Shown here piece after piece: positions 7,977 through 17,354 of a stretch of DNA of 56,466 bases. Positions within the stretch are counted from its first letter, which is position 1. Each line of letters opens with the position of its first letter. The position numbers and the translations under genes are program-made. The notes beneath the pieces are model-generated. The model had not been told where the DNA came from. It searched no databases and was given only the letters and a program-made list of their open reading frames with translations. This DNA comes from an uncultured Nitrososphaeria archaeon (GTDB taxonomy: Archaea > Thermoproteota > Nitrososphaeria_A > Caldarchaeales > Wolframiiraptoraceae), in contig CAZWXN010000002.1 of the NCBI GenBank assembly GCA_964637915.1, positions 1 through 56,466 on the forward strand, in the 5' to 3' direction.

Positions 7977-10739
7977 GTGGAGCTTAAGGATGCCCATGCG
8001 CTTCCAGTTGATGAGGTTCTGCGGAGGCTTGGAACGGGCCCTAATGGATTGAGTGATGATGAGGCTCGCAAGAGGCTTGAAGTTTATGGTTATAATGAGA
8101 TTAGGGAGGAGAAGCGCGTCTCAGCATTCTTCATCTGGCTGGAGCAGTTTAAGAACCCCCTTATCCTGATACTCCTCGCTGCGACCGCCATCTCCTATGT
8201 TGTCTCGGTTATAGAGGGGGAGTTTCCTGTTGATAGCATATTGATCTTCGCGATTGTGATAGCAGCCTCAACCCTCGGCTTCATCCAGGAGTATAGGGCT
8301 GAGAGGGCTATAGAGGCGCTTAAGAGGATGCTTACTCCCATGGCCAAGGTTATCAGGAGTGGCGTTGAGAAAATTATTCCCGCTAGGGAGGTTGTTCCAG
8401 GAGATCTTCTAGTCGTCTCAGCCGGAGATAAGGTTGCCGCTGACTGCAGGATCGTGGAGTGTTATGATCTCCAGGTTGATGAAGCCCCTCTCACAGGTGA
8501 GTCTGCTCCCGTCTCTAAGCGGGTTGAGCCCGTCCCGGCGGAGGCTTCTCTCCCGGATCGTGTGAATATGCTCTATGCCGGGACTACTGTTACTTATGGT
8601 AAGGGCAAGGCTGTTGTGGTCGCCACAGGCATGAGGACGGAGCTTGGGAAGATCGCTGGCGAGGTAGCGGCCATAGAGGTATCTGAGACGCCTCTTGAGA
8701 GGAGGATGAGGGATCTTGGGAGCGCTCTGGGAAAACTGGTGATAATAATCTGCATAGTGATCGCCTTGGCCCTTCTCCTCGAGGATCTTCTGGTCGTGGG
8801 CAGCGTATCCACCGGCACGATAATAAAGGTGATGCTCTTCTCGATAGCTCTCGCGGTCGCGGTGATCCCGGAGGCCCTGCCCGCGATAGTCACGGGGACG
8901 CTGGCGATAGGGATGAGGGAGATGGCGAGGAGGAATGCTCTGGTGCGGAGGATGCCAGCTGTCGAGACCCTTGGATGCGTCACGGTGATCTGCTCCGACA
9001 AGACGGGGACGCTGACGAAGGGCGAGATGACGGTCAAGAGGATCTACGTGGATGATAGGCTCTATGAGGTTACTGGAGTTGGCTACGAGCCTAGGGGCGA
9101 GATAGTGGGCGATCCCGATAGCAGAGCCTTCGAGCTCCTAATGTTGGGTGCGATGCTATGTAATGATGCCAGGCTTGTTAGGGGAGATAAGGGGTGGAGT
9201 ATTGAGGGTGATCCGACAGAGGCCGCGCTACTAGTCGCCGCGGAGAAGGCTGGATTCAGGCATGAGGAGATTAGGCTAAGGTATCCGAGGCTTAGCGAGA
9301 TCCTATTTAGCTCCGAGCGCAAGAGGATGACGACGATCCATGAGGTTGATGGGCTTGGCCGCGTGGCCTTCATGAAGGGCGCTGTCGAGGTCGTCCTCGA
9401 TAGATGCAGGTATATTCAGGTTGGCGACGAGGTTAGGGAGCTCACAGACGAGATAAGAGAGAGGATTCTAAGGATCAATGAGGAGCTGGCCTCGAATGCT
9501 CTCAGGAATCTCGCCTTCGCTTATAAGCGGTTGGATGAATCCATATCATACTCGCCAGACGATATGGAGCGGGACATGATATTCCTCGGGATAATGGGGA
9601 TGATTGACCCGCCGAGGGAGGAGGCTGTTGAGGCCGTGAAGATCTGTAAGAGGGTTGGGATAAGGGTGGTGATGATTACCGGCGACCATAAGCTCACGGC
9701 GGTCGCGATAGCCCGTGAGATGGGGATCTATAATGAGGGCGACATAGTCCTGACCGGCGAGGAGCTGGATAGGATGAGCGAGGAGGAGCTCGAGAAGATA
9801 GTTGATAGGGTTACGGTCTATGCGAGGGTCTCGCCGATGCATAAGCTCAAGATAGTTAGGGCCTGGAAGAGGAGAGGTGAGATAGTCGCGATGACGGGTG
9901 ATGGCGTAAATGATGCGCCGGCTGTGAAGCAGGCCGACATAGGCATCGCGATGGGTGTCACGGGGACCGAGGTGACGAAGGAGGCCTCAGACATGATACT
10001 CCTTGATGACAACTTTGCCACAATAGTCAAGGCGATAGAACTCGGCCGATGGATCTACGATAACGTCAAGAAGTATCTCGTCTACCTCTTGGAGAGCAAT
10101 ATCGTTGAGATAGCTATGCTAGCTGTCGCGGCCATAGTAGGCACATATATCTTTAAGGAGCTCTCACTGCCGCTTCTCCCGATTCATATACTTTACATAA
10201 ACTTGGCAACAGATGGTCTGCCGGCACTCGCTCTCGGAGTCGCTCCACCCGACCCAGATGTGATGAAAAGGCCTCCAAGAGATCCTAAGGAGTCCGTTTT
10301 TAGTGGGGAGGCAATGCCATTCCTAATAATGATACCGTCCATCAACACGCCAGTATTGCTCGCGATATACTTTATCGAATACTTCACGGCAGGCCATGCT
10401 CGGGCCATGACCATGACCTTCCTGACATTCGTCTTCCTAGAGCTCTTCGTCGCAATAAATTGCAGATCGCTGAGGTTTACGATGGTTAAAGCACCTCCAC
10501 ATAAGCTATTGATACTCGCGGTATTATGGGAGGCGATCCTCATAACCGTCTTAACGCTCATCCCGGCCACTCGCGAAGCTCTCCAAATAACTCTCCCAAC
10601 ACTTCAGGATATCTTATTTATCACCTTAATCTGCATCTCGACATTCGTGATACGTGAGGCGATAAAGATATTCATCGTACCGAGAAAGCTCCGATGGGCC
10701 GGCGAATATCCGGAGATACCCTCTTACACTAGTGCATGA
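7977..10739 (+). CDS. cation-transporting P-type ATPase (P2-type, Ca2+/Na+,K+-like)
   Basis: 920 aa. Phosphorylation motif CSDKTGTLT, TGES actuator motif, PEALP in M4, MITGDHKLTA, hinge TGDGVNDAPAVKQADIGIAMG, and NLATDGLPALALG in M6. Confidence 0.9.
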   Translation: MELKDAHALPVDEVLRRLGTGPNGLSDDEARKRLEVYGYNEIREEKRVSAFFIWLEQFKNPLILILLAATAISYVVSVIEGEFPVDSILIFAIVIAASTLGFIQEYRAERAIEALKRMLTPMAKVIRSGVEKIIPAREVVPGDLLVVSAGDKVAADCRIVECYDLQVDEAPLTGESAPVSKRVEPVPAEASLPDRVNMLYAGTTVTYGKGKAVVVATGMRTELGKIAGEVAAIEVSETPLERRMRDLGSALGKLVIIICIVIALALLLEDLLVVGSVSTGTIIKVMLFSIALAVAVIPEALPAIVTGTLAIGMREMARRNALVRRMPAVETLGCVTVICSDKTGTLTKGEMTVKRIYVDDRLYEVTGVGYEPRGEIVGDPDSRAFELLMLGAMLCNDARLVRGDKGWSIEGDPTEAALLVAAEKAGFRHEEIRLRYPRLSEILFSSERKRMTTIHEVDGLGRVAFMKGAVEVVLDRCRYIQVGDEVRELTDEIRERILRINEELASNALRNLAFAYKRLDESISYSPDDMERDMIFLGIMGMIDPPREEAVEAVKICKRVGIRVVMITGDHKLTAVAIAREMGIYNEGDIVLTGEELDRMSEEELEKIVDRVTVYARVSPMHKLKIVRAWKRRGEIVAMTGDGVNDAPAVKQADIGIAMGVTGTEVTKEASDMILLDDNFATIVKAIELGRWIYDNVKKYLVYLLESNIVEIAMLAVAAIVGTYIFKELSLPLLPIHILYINLATDGLPALALGVAPPDPDVMKRPPRDPKESVFSGEAMPFLIMIPSINTPVLLAIYFIEYFTAGHARAMTMTFLTFVFLELFVAINCRSLRFTMVKAPPHKLLILAVLWEAILITVLTLIPATREALQITLPTLQDILFITLICISTFVIREAIKIFIVPRKLRWAGEYPEIPSYTSA

Positions 10740-10980
10740 CCTTGAAAGGCAATCCTTCCAAATGAATTGTCTTCATGTAGGAGACCTCAATGCCGAATCC
10801 GGATATCATGAGCTAAGCCGTCTGAGATTTTTCTGATTAGAGGTCATTGGGGATCCTCATATCAATAGTCCAGCAAGTCTTTGCATTTTTATGAAAACTT
10901 GCTTATAGCTCGAAAGCTGTCTTATTCCCTGCGTTTTTCGTTAAAACATTAATTAGGATGGATGTTTATGAGGGCTGGAA

Positions 10981-12294
10981 ATGTGGAAGCAGGAGCTAAG
11001 GGCTCTTGAGGAGGAGAGGAGGAAGGTCCTTGAGAGGATAATGGGGCTCTCGAGCTTTGAGGGCTTCGATGCGCAGAAGTGGGAGGAGCTTAAGAGGCTC
11101 GTCTACGAGCCCCTACCACTCAGCGTGGACGTAATTGTTGATGATACTACGCTGAGGGAGGGCTTCCAGATGGCCGGTCTGCTGAACCCTAGGCCGGAGG
11201 AGTATCTGAGGATAGCCATGATGCTCAGGGAGATCGGGATAGAGAGGCTGGAGATAATGATGTATACGAAGACGGATAGGGAGGCTATAAAGCTGATGAA
11301 GAATGAGGGGCTCACTCCGCTCCTTGCTGGATGGTGTAGAGCGAATAGGGCGGATATAGACATGGCGTTGGAGCTGGATCTACAGCAGGTGGGGATCTCG
11401 CACCCAGTCTCCTACATACACTTCAGCAAGTGGCCAGACACACCCCTAGAGGATCTCGTGAACAGGGTTGTAGACGCCGTTACATACGCGAGGGAGCATG
11501 GTCTTAGAGTCTTCGTGCATGGAGAGGATAGCACTAGAGCTGACTGGAGGTTCGAGAGGATATTCATTAATGCAGTCGCGGAGGCCGGCGCCGAGGTCTA
11601 CAGGATCTGTGATACCATTGGGTGCGGTGTATCAGATCCACGTGCACCGCTCCCGAGGGGGATACCGGAGAAGATTAGGAGGATCAAAGCCGAGACCAAG
11701 ATACCGTACGTGGAGATGCATGCGCATGATGATCTTGGAAACGCTGTGGAGAACACGATGGCGGCGATCAAGGCTGCTGACGGGCTCTATGACAAGGTAT
11801 ATGTCAGCACGACATTCTTGGGCCTAGGGGATAGGGCTGGAAACGCCGAGACAGAGAAGATTATCATGAACTGCTATATGCATTATGATGTCAGGAAATG
11901 GAACCTGAAACCCCTGAGAGAGCTCGCGGTCTATATAGCCTCGGCGCTCGGATACCACCTCCCGATAAACAAGGCCATAGTAGGGGATGGCGTCTTCGCC
12001 CACGAGTCTGGCATACACCTCCACGGGATATCGAAGCTGCCCCTAACATATGAGCCGTTCCCACCCGAGCTGGTGGGCCAGAGAAGATCAATAGTGATCG
12101 GCAGGAGGTCCGGGAAGCATGGAATAAAGCTCAAGCTCGAGGAGATCCTCGGGAGGAAGGTGGATGAGAACGATCCAAGGCTCATGAACCTTGTCGAGAT
12201 GATAACCAACGAGTTCTCAACGCGGGAGAGGAGATATCCGATAGGTGAACAGGAATTCAGGTTGTTCGCGAAGAGGGCTGGATTCGAGGTCTAA
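10981..12294 (+). CDS. homocitrate synthase / 2-isopropylmalate synthase family (DRE-TIM metallolyase), divergent member
   Basis: DDTTLREGFQ, HAHDDLGNAVEN, GLGDRAGNAETE and HESGIH motifs. There is a ~50-aa charged helical N-terminal extension. A TATA-like AACATTAATTAG lies ~29 nt upstream of the ATG. Confidence 0.7.
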   Translation: MWKQELRALEEERRKVLERIMGLSSFEGFDAQKWEELKRLVYEPLPLSVDVIVDDTTLREGFQMAGLLNPRPEEYLRIAMMLREIGIERLEIMMYTKTDREAIKLMKNEGLTPLLAGWCRANRADIDMALELDLQQVGISHPVSYIHFSKWPDTPLEDLVNRVVDAVTYAREHGLRVFVHGEDSTRADWRFERIFINAVAEAGAEVYRICDTIGCGVSDPRAPLPRGIPEKIRRIKAETKIPYVEMHAHDDLGNAVENTMAAIKAADGLYDKVYVSTTFLGLGDRAGNAETEKIIMNCYMHYDVRKWNLKPLRELAVYIASALGYHLPINKAIVGDGVFAHESGIHLHGISKLPLTYEPFPPELVGQRRSIVIGRRSGKHGIKLKLEEILGRKVDENDPRLMNLVEMITNEFSTRERRYPIGEQEFRLFAKRAGFEV

Positions 12295-12302
12295 GTGGGG
12301 TA

Positions 12303-13379
12303 ATGGTAAAATTAAGCGCAAATCGTGGTCGGGTGATTAATATGGGTAAGAGGGCTGCGCTCATACGTGGAGATGGTGTCGGCCCCGAGCTAGCTGAAGC
12401 AGTTATGATGATCCATGAGGCTGTGGGCAGCGAGGTCGAGATAATACCGGTCGAGGCGGGCTATGAGTGGTGGCTGAAGCATGGCGGGGACTCCCTGATA
12501 CCGAGGGAGACTTGGGAGGTTCTCGAGCAGTCGGATGCGGTTCTCAAGTGCCCGACCACGACGCCGCCGGAGATAAAGCATCTAAGGAGCGTAGCGGTCA
12601 GCATTAGGCAGAGATTTGACCTATACGCGAATATCAGGCCCATTAAGACCTTGGGCGGGATCAAGGGAAGGCTCGGGCCAGTCGATCTAATATGCGTCAG
12701 GGAGGCCACGGAGGGGCTCTACGCCGGGATAGATGTAAGACTCTCGCCCGACGTCGCAATCGCGATCAGGAAGATAAGCAAGAGGCAGTCGCTAAGAGTT
12801 GCGAGAAAGGCATTCGAGATAGCAAGGGAGAACGGCTGGAATAAGATCGTTGTGGTCACCAAGAGGAATATCCTGAAAGAGACGGATGGACTCTTCATAG
12901 AAGCGGTCCAAGAAGTTGCAAAGGATTATCCCGAGATAACTTGGGAGGAGTATTTCATAGATAATCTTGCTCAGCAGCTCGTCAAGAATCATGAACGATT
13001 TAACCAGACCGTGATCCTAGGGACGAACCTCTTCATGGATATAATAAGTGAAGAGGCTTCGGCCCTTGTCGCAAGCATAGGAATAGTTTATTCCGCGAAC
13101 ATGGGCGATAGCTATGCCATGTTCGAGCCAGCGCATGGAAGCGCTCCGAAATACAAGGGACAGTATAAGGTGAACCCCACGGCCACGATACTCTCCTATG
13201 CCTGGATGATCGGATACCTTGGCGAGAAGGAGAAGATGAACATTATATTCAGGGCGACGGAGGATGTTATAGCTGAGGGAAGACATATAACATATGATCT
13301 CGGCGGAAATGCCTCGACACTTGAGATGACAGAGGCTATAGCCGGAAGAATAAAGACATTGCTCGAGAAGGGCTATTAA
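12303..13379 (+). CDS. isocitrate / isopropylmalate / homoisocitrate dehydrogenase family protein
   Basis: RGDGVGPEL, SVAVSIRQRFDLYANIRPIK, REATEGLYAG and MFEPAHGSAPKY motifs of beta-decarboxylating dehydrogenases. ATG 12342 (MGKRAALIRGDG..., preceded by GGTGA) is a likely true start. Confidence 0.8.
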   Translation: MVKLSANRGRVINMGKRAALIRGDGVGPELAEAVMMIHEAVGSEVEIIPVEAGYEWWLKHGGDSLIPRETWEVLEQSDAVLKCPTTTPPEIKHLRSVAVSIRQRFDLYANIRPIKTLGGIKGRLGPVDLICVREATEGLYAGIDVRLSPDVAIAIRKISKRQSLRVARKAFEIARENGWNKIVVVTKRNILKETDGLFIEAVQEVAKDYPEITWEEYFIDNLAQQLVKNHERFNQTVILGTNLFMDIISEEASALVASIGIVYSANMGDSYAMFEPAHGSAPKYKGQYKVNPTATILSYAWMIGYLGEKEKMNIIFRATEDVIAEGRHITYDLGGNASTLEMTEAIAGRIKTLLEKGY

Positions 13380-13384
13380 CAGAT

Positions 13385-13765
13385 CTATCTTTTCTCCATG
13401 CTTACTCTGATTAGCTCCCCATCGGACACTTCTTTCAAGCGATTCAAGCCCTCGACAACTCTACCGAGGGGCTTAACCTTGCTATAGGCAACCGGCCGCT
13501 CATCCTTGCTTATCGGGGTTGGGCCGAAGAATATGCAGAGGCAGTTTCCATCAGGCCAGTAAGCCACCTCACCAACCTCCATCAATGTCCTCTCACCCTT
13601 GAGCCCGAGCTTTGCCGGCAGCTCAAAATACACCTCATCACCCCATCTCTCAGCCTCAGCCTCGAATGGCGAGCTCTCTAGAAGCTTCTCTAGCTCCGGC
13701 TCATCCACCAGCTCACAAACCACCCTAACACCAGAACTAAATTCAAGGCTAACTATGTAAGGCAT
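13385..13765 (-). CDS. cyclophilin-like superfamily small protein (TM1367-like), function unknown
   Basis: 126 aa. The VGEVAYWPDGNCLCIFFGPTP motif resembles the 'cyclophilin-like' family core (G-D/E-I/V-A-Y-W-P-x-G-N-A-L-C-I-F-F-G). Recognised from memory of the family only. Confidence 0.45.
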   Translation of the reverse strand: MPYIVSLEFSSGVRVVCELVDEPELEKLLESSPFEAEAERWGDEVYFELPAKLGLKGERTLMEVGEVAYWPDGNCLCIFFGPTPISKDERPVAYSKVKPLGRVVEGLNRLKEVSDGELIRVSMEKR

Positions 13766-13873
13766 GCCTACCCAGAATAAGCGAAGACAACCGCGCTAAA
13801 TACCTTATAGCAGGCCAGAATCTTCAGCCCGATGAAAAGCTTGAGAAGAATAAGTGGTAGATGTTCACCACCC

Positions 13874-14551
13874 CTATAGCTGCTTCAGCTCCTCGATTAT
13901 CCTCGTCCCGGACCTTGTTCCAATCCTATCAGCCCCAGCCTCTAAGAAGCTGAGAGCCTGCTCCCCGGTTCTTATGCCACCAGCCGCCTTTATCTTAATA
14001 CGCGGCGGTAACACGCTTCTCAGGAGCTTCACATCCTCTATCGTAGCCCCGGAGGACCCAAAGCCGGTTGAGGTCTTGACGAAGTCCGCGCCAGCCCTCT
14101 CAGCAATCCGAGCCGCAGCAATCTTCTCCCCATCAGTCAAGTAGCAGCACTCAATTATTACCTTCAGGATGTTGCCGCCTATCGCCCTCTTAACTTCCCT
14201 GATTTCCTCCTCAACATAGTCATATCTCCTCGACTTAAGCATCGGCAGACTTATCACCATGTCAATCTCAGATGCACCTTCCTCCACCGCGCGCCTAGCC
14301 TCCTCCACCTTCACCTCCTTAAACGTCGAGCCAAGCGGAAAACCAACAACAGTACAGACTCTAACATCAGATCCGCTTAAAAGCCGATACGCCAGCGGGA
14401 CATATATCGGATTAATACAAACCGCAGCAAACCTATATCGAACAGCCTCATTGCATAATCTCCGAATATCATCCTCCGTAGCATGAGGCTGAAGCAAGGT
14501 ATGATCTATCGCCTTAGCAACCAGTTCGATAGTCCACTTATTTTTCTTCAT
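13874..14551 (-). CDS. deoC: deoxyribose-phosphate aldolase
   Basis: IDHTLLQP..., AAVCINP, VCTVVGFPLG, IDMVI, LKVIIE, ADFVKTSTGF (Schiff-base Lys) and IKAAGGIRT: the full DeoC motif series. Confidence 0.9.
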   Translation of the reverse strand: MKKNKWTIELVAKAIDHTLLQPHATEDDIRRLCNEAVRYRFAAVCINPIYVPLAYRLLSGSDVRVCTVVGFPLGSTFKEVKVEEARRAVEEGASEIDMVISLPMLKSRRYDYVEEEIREVKRAIGGNILKVIIECCYLTDGEKIAAARIAERAGADFVKTSTGFGSSGATIEDVKLLRSVLPPRIKIKAAGGIRTGEQALSFLEAGADRIGTRSGTRIIEELKQL

Positions 14552-14664
14552 AATAGAAATCTGTTTTCATATTTTAAAAGCTTTCTTTTATAAGCTTTTT
14601 AAGAAGAAAACGCATTTTTCAAAAATTGAGGCAAGTTAAGATTGATAAATTGTTTGATTGAACT

Positions 14665-15441
14665 TCAGAATCTCTCGACGGCTGTTATCGTCATTCCTCC
14701 ATCAACGACTATTGCTTGCCCAGTAACGTAACTTGCCTCATCACTTGCTAGGTAGATTGCTGCACCGGCTATGTCCTCTGGCTTCGCGAGCCTTCCGAGA
14801 ATGCATCTTGACGCCATTCGCTTCCGCTCACTTTCATCCGTCACTGCGTAAAGGAGGGGCGTCTCAGTCGGCCCAGGACATATAGCATTCACCCTAATAT
14901 TATATGGTGCTAGCTCAACAGCCATCGCCCTCGTAAGCGCTAAGACGGCACCCTTTGACGCGGAATATGCTGCGTGCCCAGGCTCCCCCACTATAGCAGC
15001 CTTTGATGATATGTTGATTATGACTCCACTTCTTCTCTCGATCATATGAGGCACGACTACCTGCGATGGGATTACCACTCCTAGAACATTAACCTTAAAG
15101 AGTATTTCCCAGAACTCTAATGGCTCTTCCCAAAATGGTTTCCCTCGGTAAATACCAACATTATTCACCAAGATGTCTATTTTCCCATACCTCTTGAGCA
15201 GTTCGGAGACTATTTCCTGGATCTTATCACGTGATGTTACATCACCTTGAAAACCTATAGCTTCTCCACCACTTTCCCGTATCCTTTTAGCAGCCTCCTC
15301 CACTCTATCGCCAGCAATATCAATTATTGCGACTTTGGCTCCCTCACCCGCGAACTTTGAGGATATCGCAAACCCTATCCCACTTGCTCCGCCAGTCACT
15401 ATAGCGACTCTATCCTTCAGTCTCATATGTCTTATAATCAA
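14665..15441 (-). CDS. short-chain dehydrogenase/reductase (SDR) family oxidoreductase
   Basis: VAIVTGGASGIGFAI (TGxxxGIG), NNVG, and the catalytic S...YSASK triad. ATG 15426 (MRLKDRVAIVTGG) is a likely start. Confidence 0.85.
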   Translation of the reverse strand: MIIRHMRLKDRVAIVTGGASGIGFAISSKFAGEGAKVAIIDIAGDRVEEAAKRIRESGGEAIGFQGDVTSRDKIQEIVSELLKRYGKIDILVNNVGIYRGKPFWEEPLEFWEILFKVNVLGVVIPSQVVVPHMIERRSGVIINISSKAAIVGEPGHAAYSASKGAVLALTRAMAVELAPYNIRVNAICPGPTETPLLYAVTDESERKRMASRCILGRLAKPEDIAGAAIYLASDEASYVTGQAIVVDGGMTITAVERF

Positions 15442-15558
15442 ATCAGAGTAACTTAAATCTTTGCTCTATGATGTTTTTCAAGCCCCAGAAGCCGAGGAAG
15501 ATATGACTTATTGGGGGAAAATGGAATTATATATTATGAAAAAAGAGTAAGTGCTGGA

Positions 15559-16600
15559 TTACTCTATTGGTAACTCCACTGGCTTATGTTCTTTTATCGA
15601 CTTTATGGCGGCTAGTGTTGCCTCTAAGGCTTTTTTACCATCTTCACCCGTTACTTCAGGTTCTCGATCCTCGATTATCGACTTTATGAAGCTTTCAGCT
15701 TCAGCTATGTAAGCTTCTCTGAACCTATCTCTCCAGCTATGGAATGGCTCTGTCGTTATTTTTTGATCCTTGTGGCAGACTAGTAGACTTGTCCCTTGGA
15801 CCTCGCCTATCGTGAGTAAACCTTCTGTTCCAAGTACTTCGACTCTAGCATCATATGCATAGTTGACTGGGCAGCCACCGTCAATTATTCCAAATCCGCC
15901 CCTCTGGAATCTAGCCATAACGGCAACGATGTCGTGAAATCCGGGGAACTCCTCAGCTACATCCGGCCTTAGCAGCGCCGCCGCGTCAGCGTAAATAGTT
16001 TTGAATTCATCGTTCATAAACCACCTAAGCGTGTCAAAGTCGTGGCTATTGACCTCTGCTACCATGCCTAAGCCCGTCTTCGGATCTAAGGCCCATCTTG
16101 GAGGGAGCCCAGGGCCCCTCCCAACGGACTTCACCAAAACCGGCTTCCCTATTACTCCTTCATCAATTAATGATTTGGCCCTTCTGAATTCTGGGTCAAA
16201 TCTACGCATGAAGCCTATCTGGAGCTTCACATTATTCCTCCTAGTGATTGAGATCATTTCATCTGCTTCTTTTAGTGTCAGGGCCATGGGCTTCTCGCAG
16301 AAAACGTGCTTTCCTGCCTCTGCCGCCTCAACTGTTAAAGAATGGTGCGTGAATGTTGGAGTGGTTATGAAGATCGCGTCAAAATCCTCCCTCTTTATGG
16401 CATCCGTGAGACTTTCATAATAATTTATACCGCCAAGAAGGCTTGCTAGATTCTTTGCAGCCTCTAGGTTCGCGTCAACAATCGCCACGACTTCTGCCAC
16501 GCAGATTCTAAAAGCCAAGTTTGCCCCATGAACCTGCCCTGTCCTACCAGCTCCAACAATACAGACTTTAACTTTCCTCGTTTCTATATCACCCCGGCAT
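15559..16600 (-). CDS. Gfo/Idh/MocA family oxidoreductase; the N-terminal Rossmann segment is connected to ATG 16600 only after a 1-nt frame correction (possible pseudogene or sequencing error)
   Basis: The canonical ORF (TTG 16518) starts after the dinucleotide-binding loop. In-frame upstream codons 16519-16596 encode RGDIETRKVKVCIVGAGRTGQVHGAN (GxGxxG), but there is no ATG/GTG/TTG before the stop at 16600-16602. ATG 16600-16598 is +1 out of frame, and removing one base from the C4 run 16592-16595 restores MPGDIETRKVKVCIVGAG... Confidence 0.7.
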
Positions 16601-16626
16601 TACGCTTGGATGCCCGCTTAAAAATG

Positions 16627-16634
16627 TTATTTAT
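16627..16634 (-). promoter_or_regulatory. TATA-like box (ATAAATAA on the minus strand), ~30 nt upstream of ATG 16600
   Basis: The spacing matches that seen at other near-leaderless operon heads in this window. This supports ATG 16600 as the original start of the Gfo/Idh/MocA gene. Confidence 0.4.
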
Positions 16635-16716
16635 GCAGAAAGCTTCTCAAAAAGTTGTTCGCTCATCTGAATTCCTGCTGTTCCTAGGAAACTTTATGAT
16701 TTAATCTAGCCAAAGT

Positions 16717-17322
16717 ATGTATATTGAATTGTCTAGAGAAGATCTTCTCGAGAAATTAAGAAAGAAGGTCGAGAATTGTAGGAAGTGTGTTTTGTGGAGG
16801 ACTAGAAATAGGCCTGTTTTTGGTGAAGGGCCTGTTGATGCAGGGATAATGATTGTTGGCCTGGGGCCTGGGAGGCAGGAGGATCTTCAGGGGAGACCTT
16901 TTGTCGGTGCTGCTGGCAGGTTTCTGGATCAGCTTCTGGCTGAGGCTGGATTGAGCAGGAGCAAGATCTATATCACGAACGTTATCAAGTGTTTTCTGCC
17001 CGAGAATAGGGCGACTGAGGATCAGATCAAGTCCTGTACCCCGTATCTGGATCAGCAGATCGAGATTATTCAGCCTATGCTGATAATAGCCTTGGGGAAT
17101 GTCGCGGCGTGTTATCTGCTTGAGAAGTTTGGCTTGAGATGCGAGTCAATGGAGAGGGTTCATGGGAGGGTTTACGAGGTTTCAAGCCTGACTTTAAGCC
17201 TCCGCATAATCCCCATGTATCATCCGGCCTCGGCTCTTAGGAATCCTGGGCTCCGAGGCAGGCTCATCGATGATTGGAGAGGGCTTGGCAAGGTTATTAA
17301 GGATCTCGGGCTGGCGGGTTAA
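16717..17322 (+). CDS. udg: uracil-DNA glycosylase, family 4 (thermostable UDG type)
   Basis: CRKCVLW...PVFGEG...IMIVGLGPG..ED..GRPFVGAAG..L...ITNVIKC...C..YL...HG...PMYHPA: family-4 UDG motifs, including Fe-S cluster cysteines. Confidence 0.9.
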   Translation: MYIELSREDLLEKLRKKVENCRKCVLWRTRNRPVFGEGPVDAGIMIVGLGPGRQEDLQGRPFVGAAGRFLDQLLAEAGLSRSKIYITNVIKCFLPENRATEDQIKSCTPYLDQQIEIIQPMLIIALGNVAACYLLEKFGLRCESMERVHGRVYEVSSLTLSLRIIPMYHPASALRNPGLRGRLIDDWRGLGKVIKDLGLAG

Positions 17323-17354
17323 CCTTAATACCTCGATCGCCCATCTCAATATTG

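Noticed and set aside
11155-11166. LREGFQ instead of LRDG(E/N)Q in the synthase-like protein, considered as an inactivating active-site substitution.
   Set aside because: Bona fide homocitrate synthases use Glu at this metal-ligand position (LREGEQ). The change therefore indicates subfamily, not loss of function. The His ligands (HAH) are present.
14577-14600. Two AAGCTT-centred near-palindromes (AAAGCTTT and TAAGCTTTTT) in the AT-rich region upstream of deoC, considered as a possible operator.
   Set aside because: They are short, imperfect and embedded in a low-complexity A/T promoter/terminator region, where such matches are expected by chance. There is no supporting second signal.
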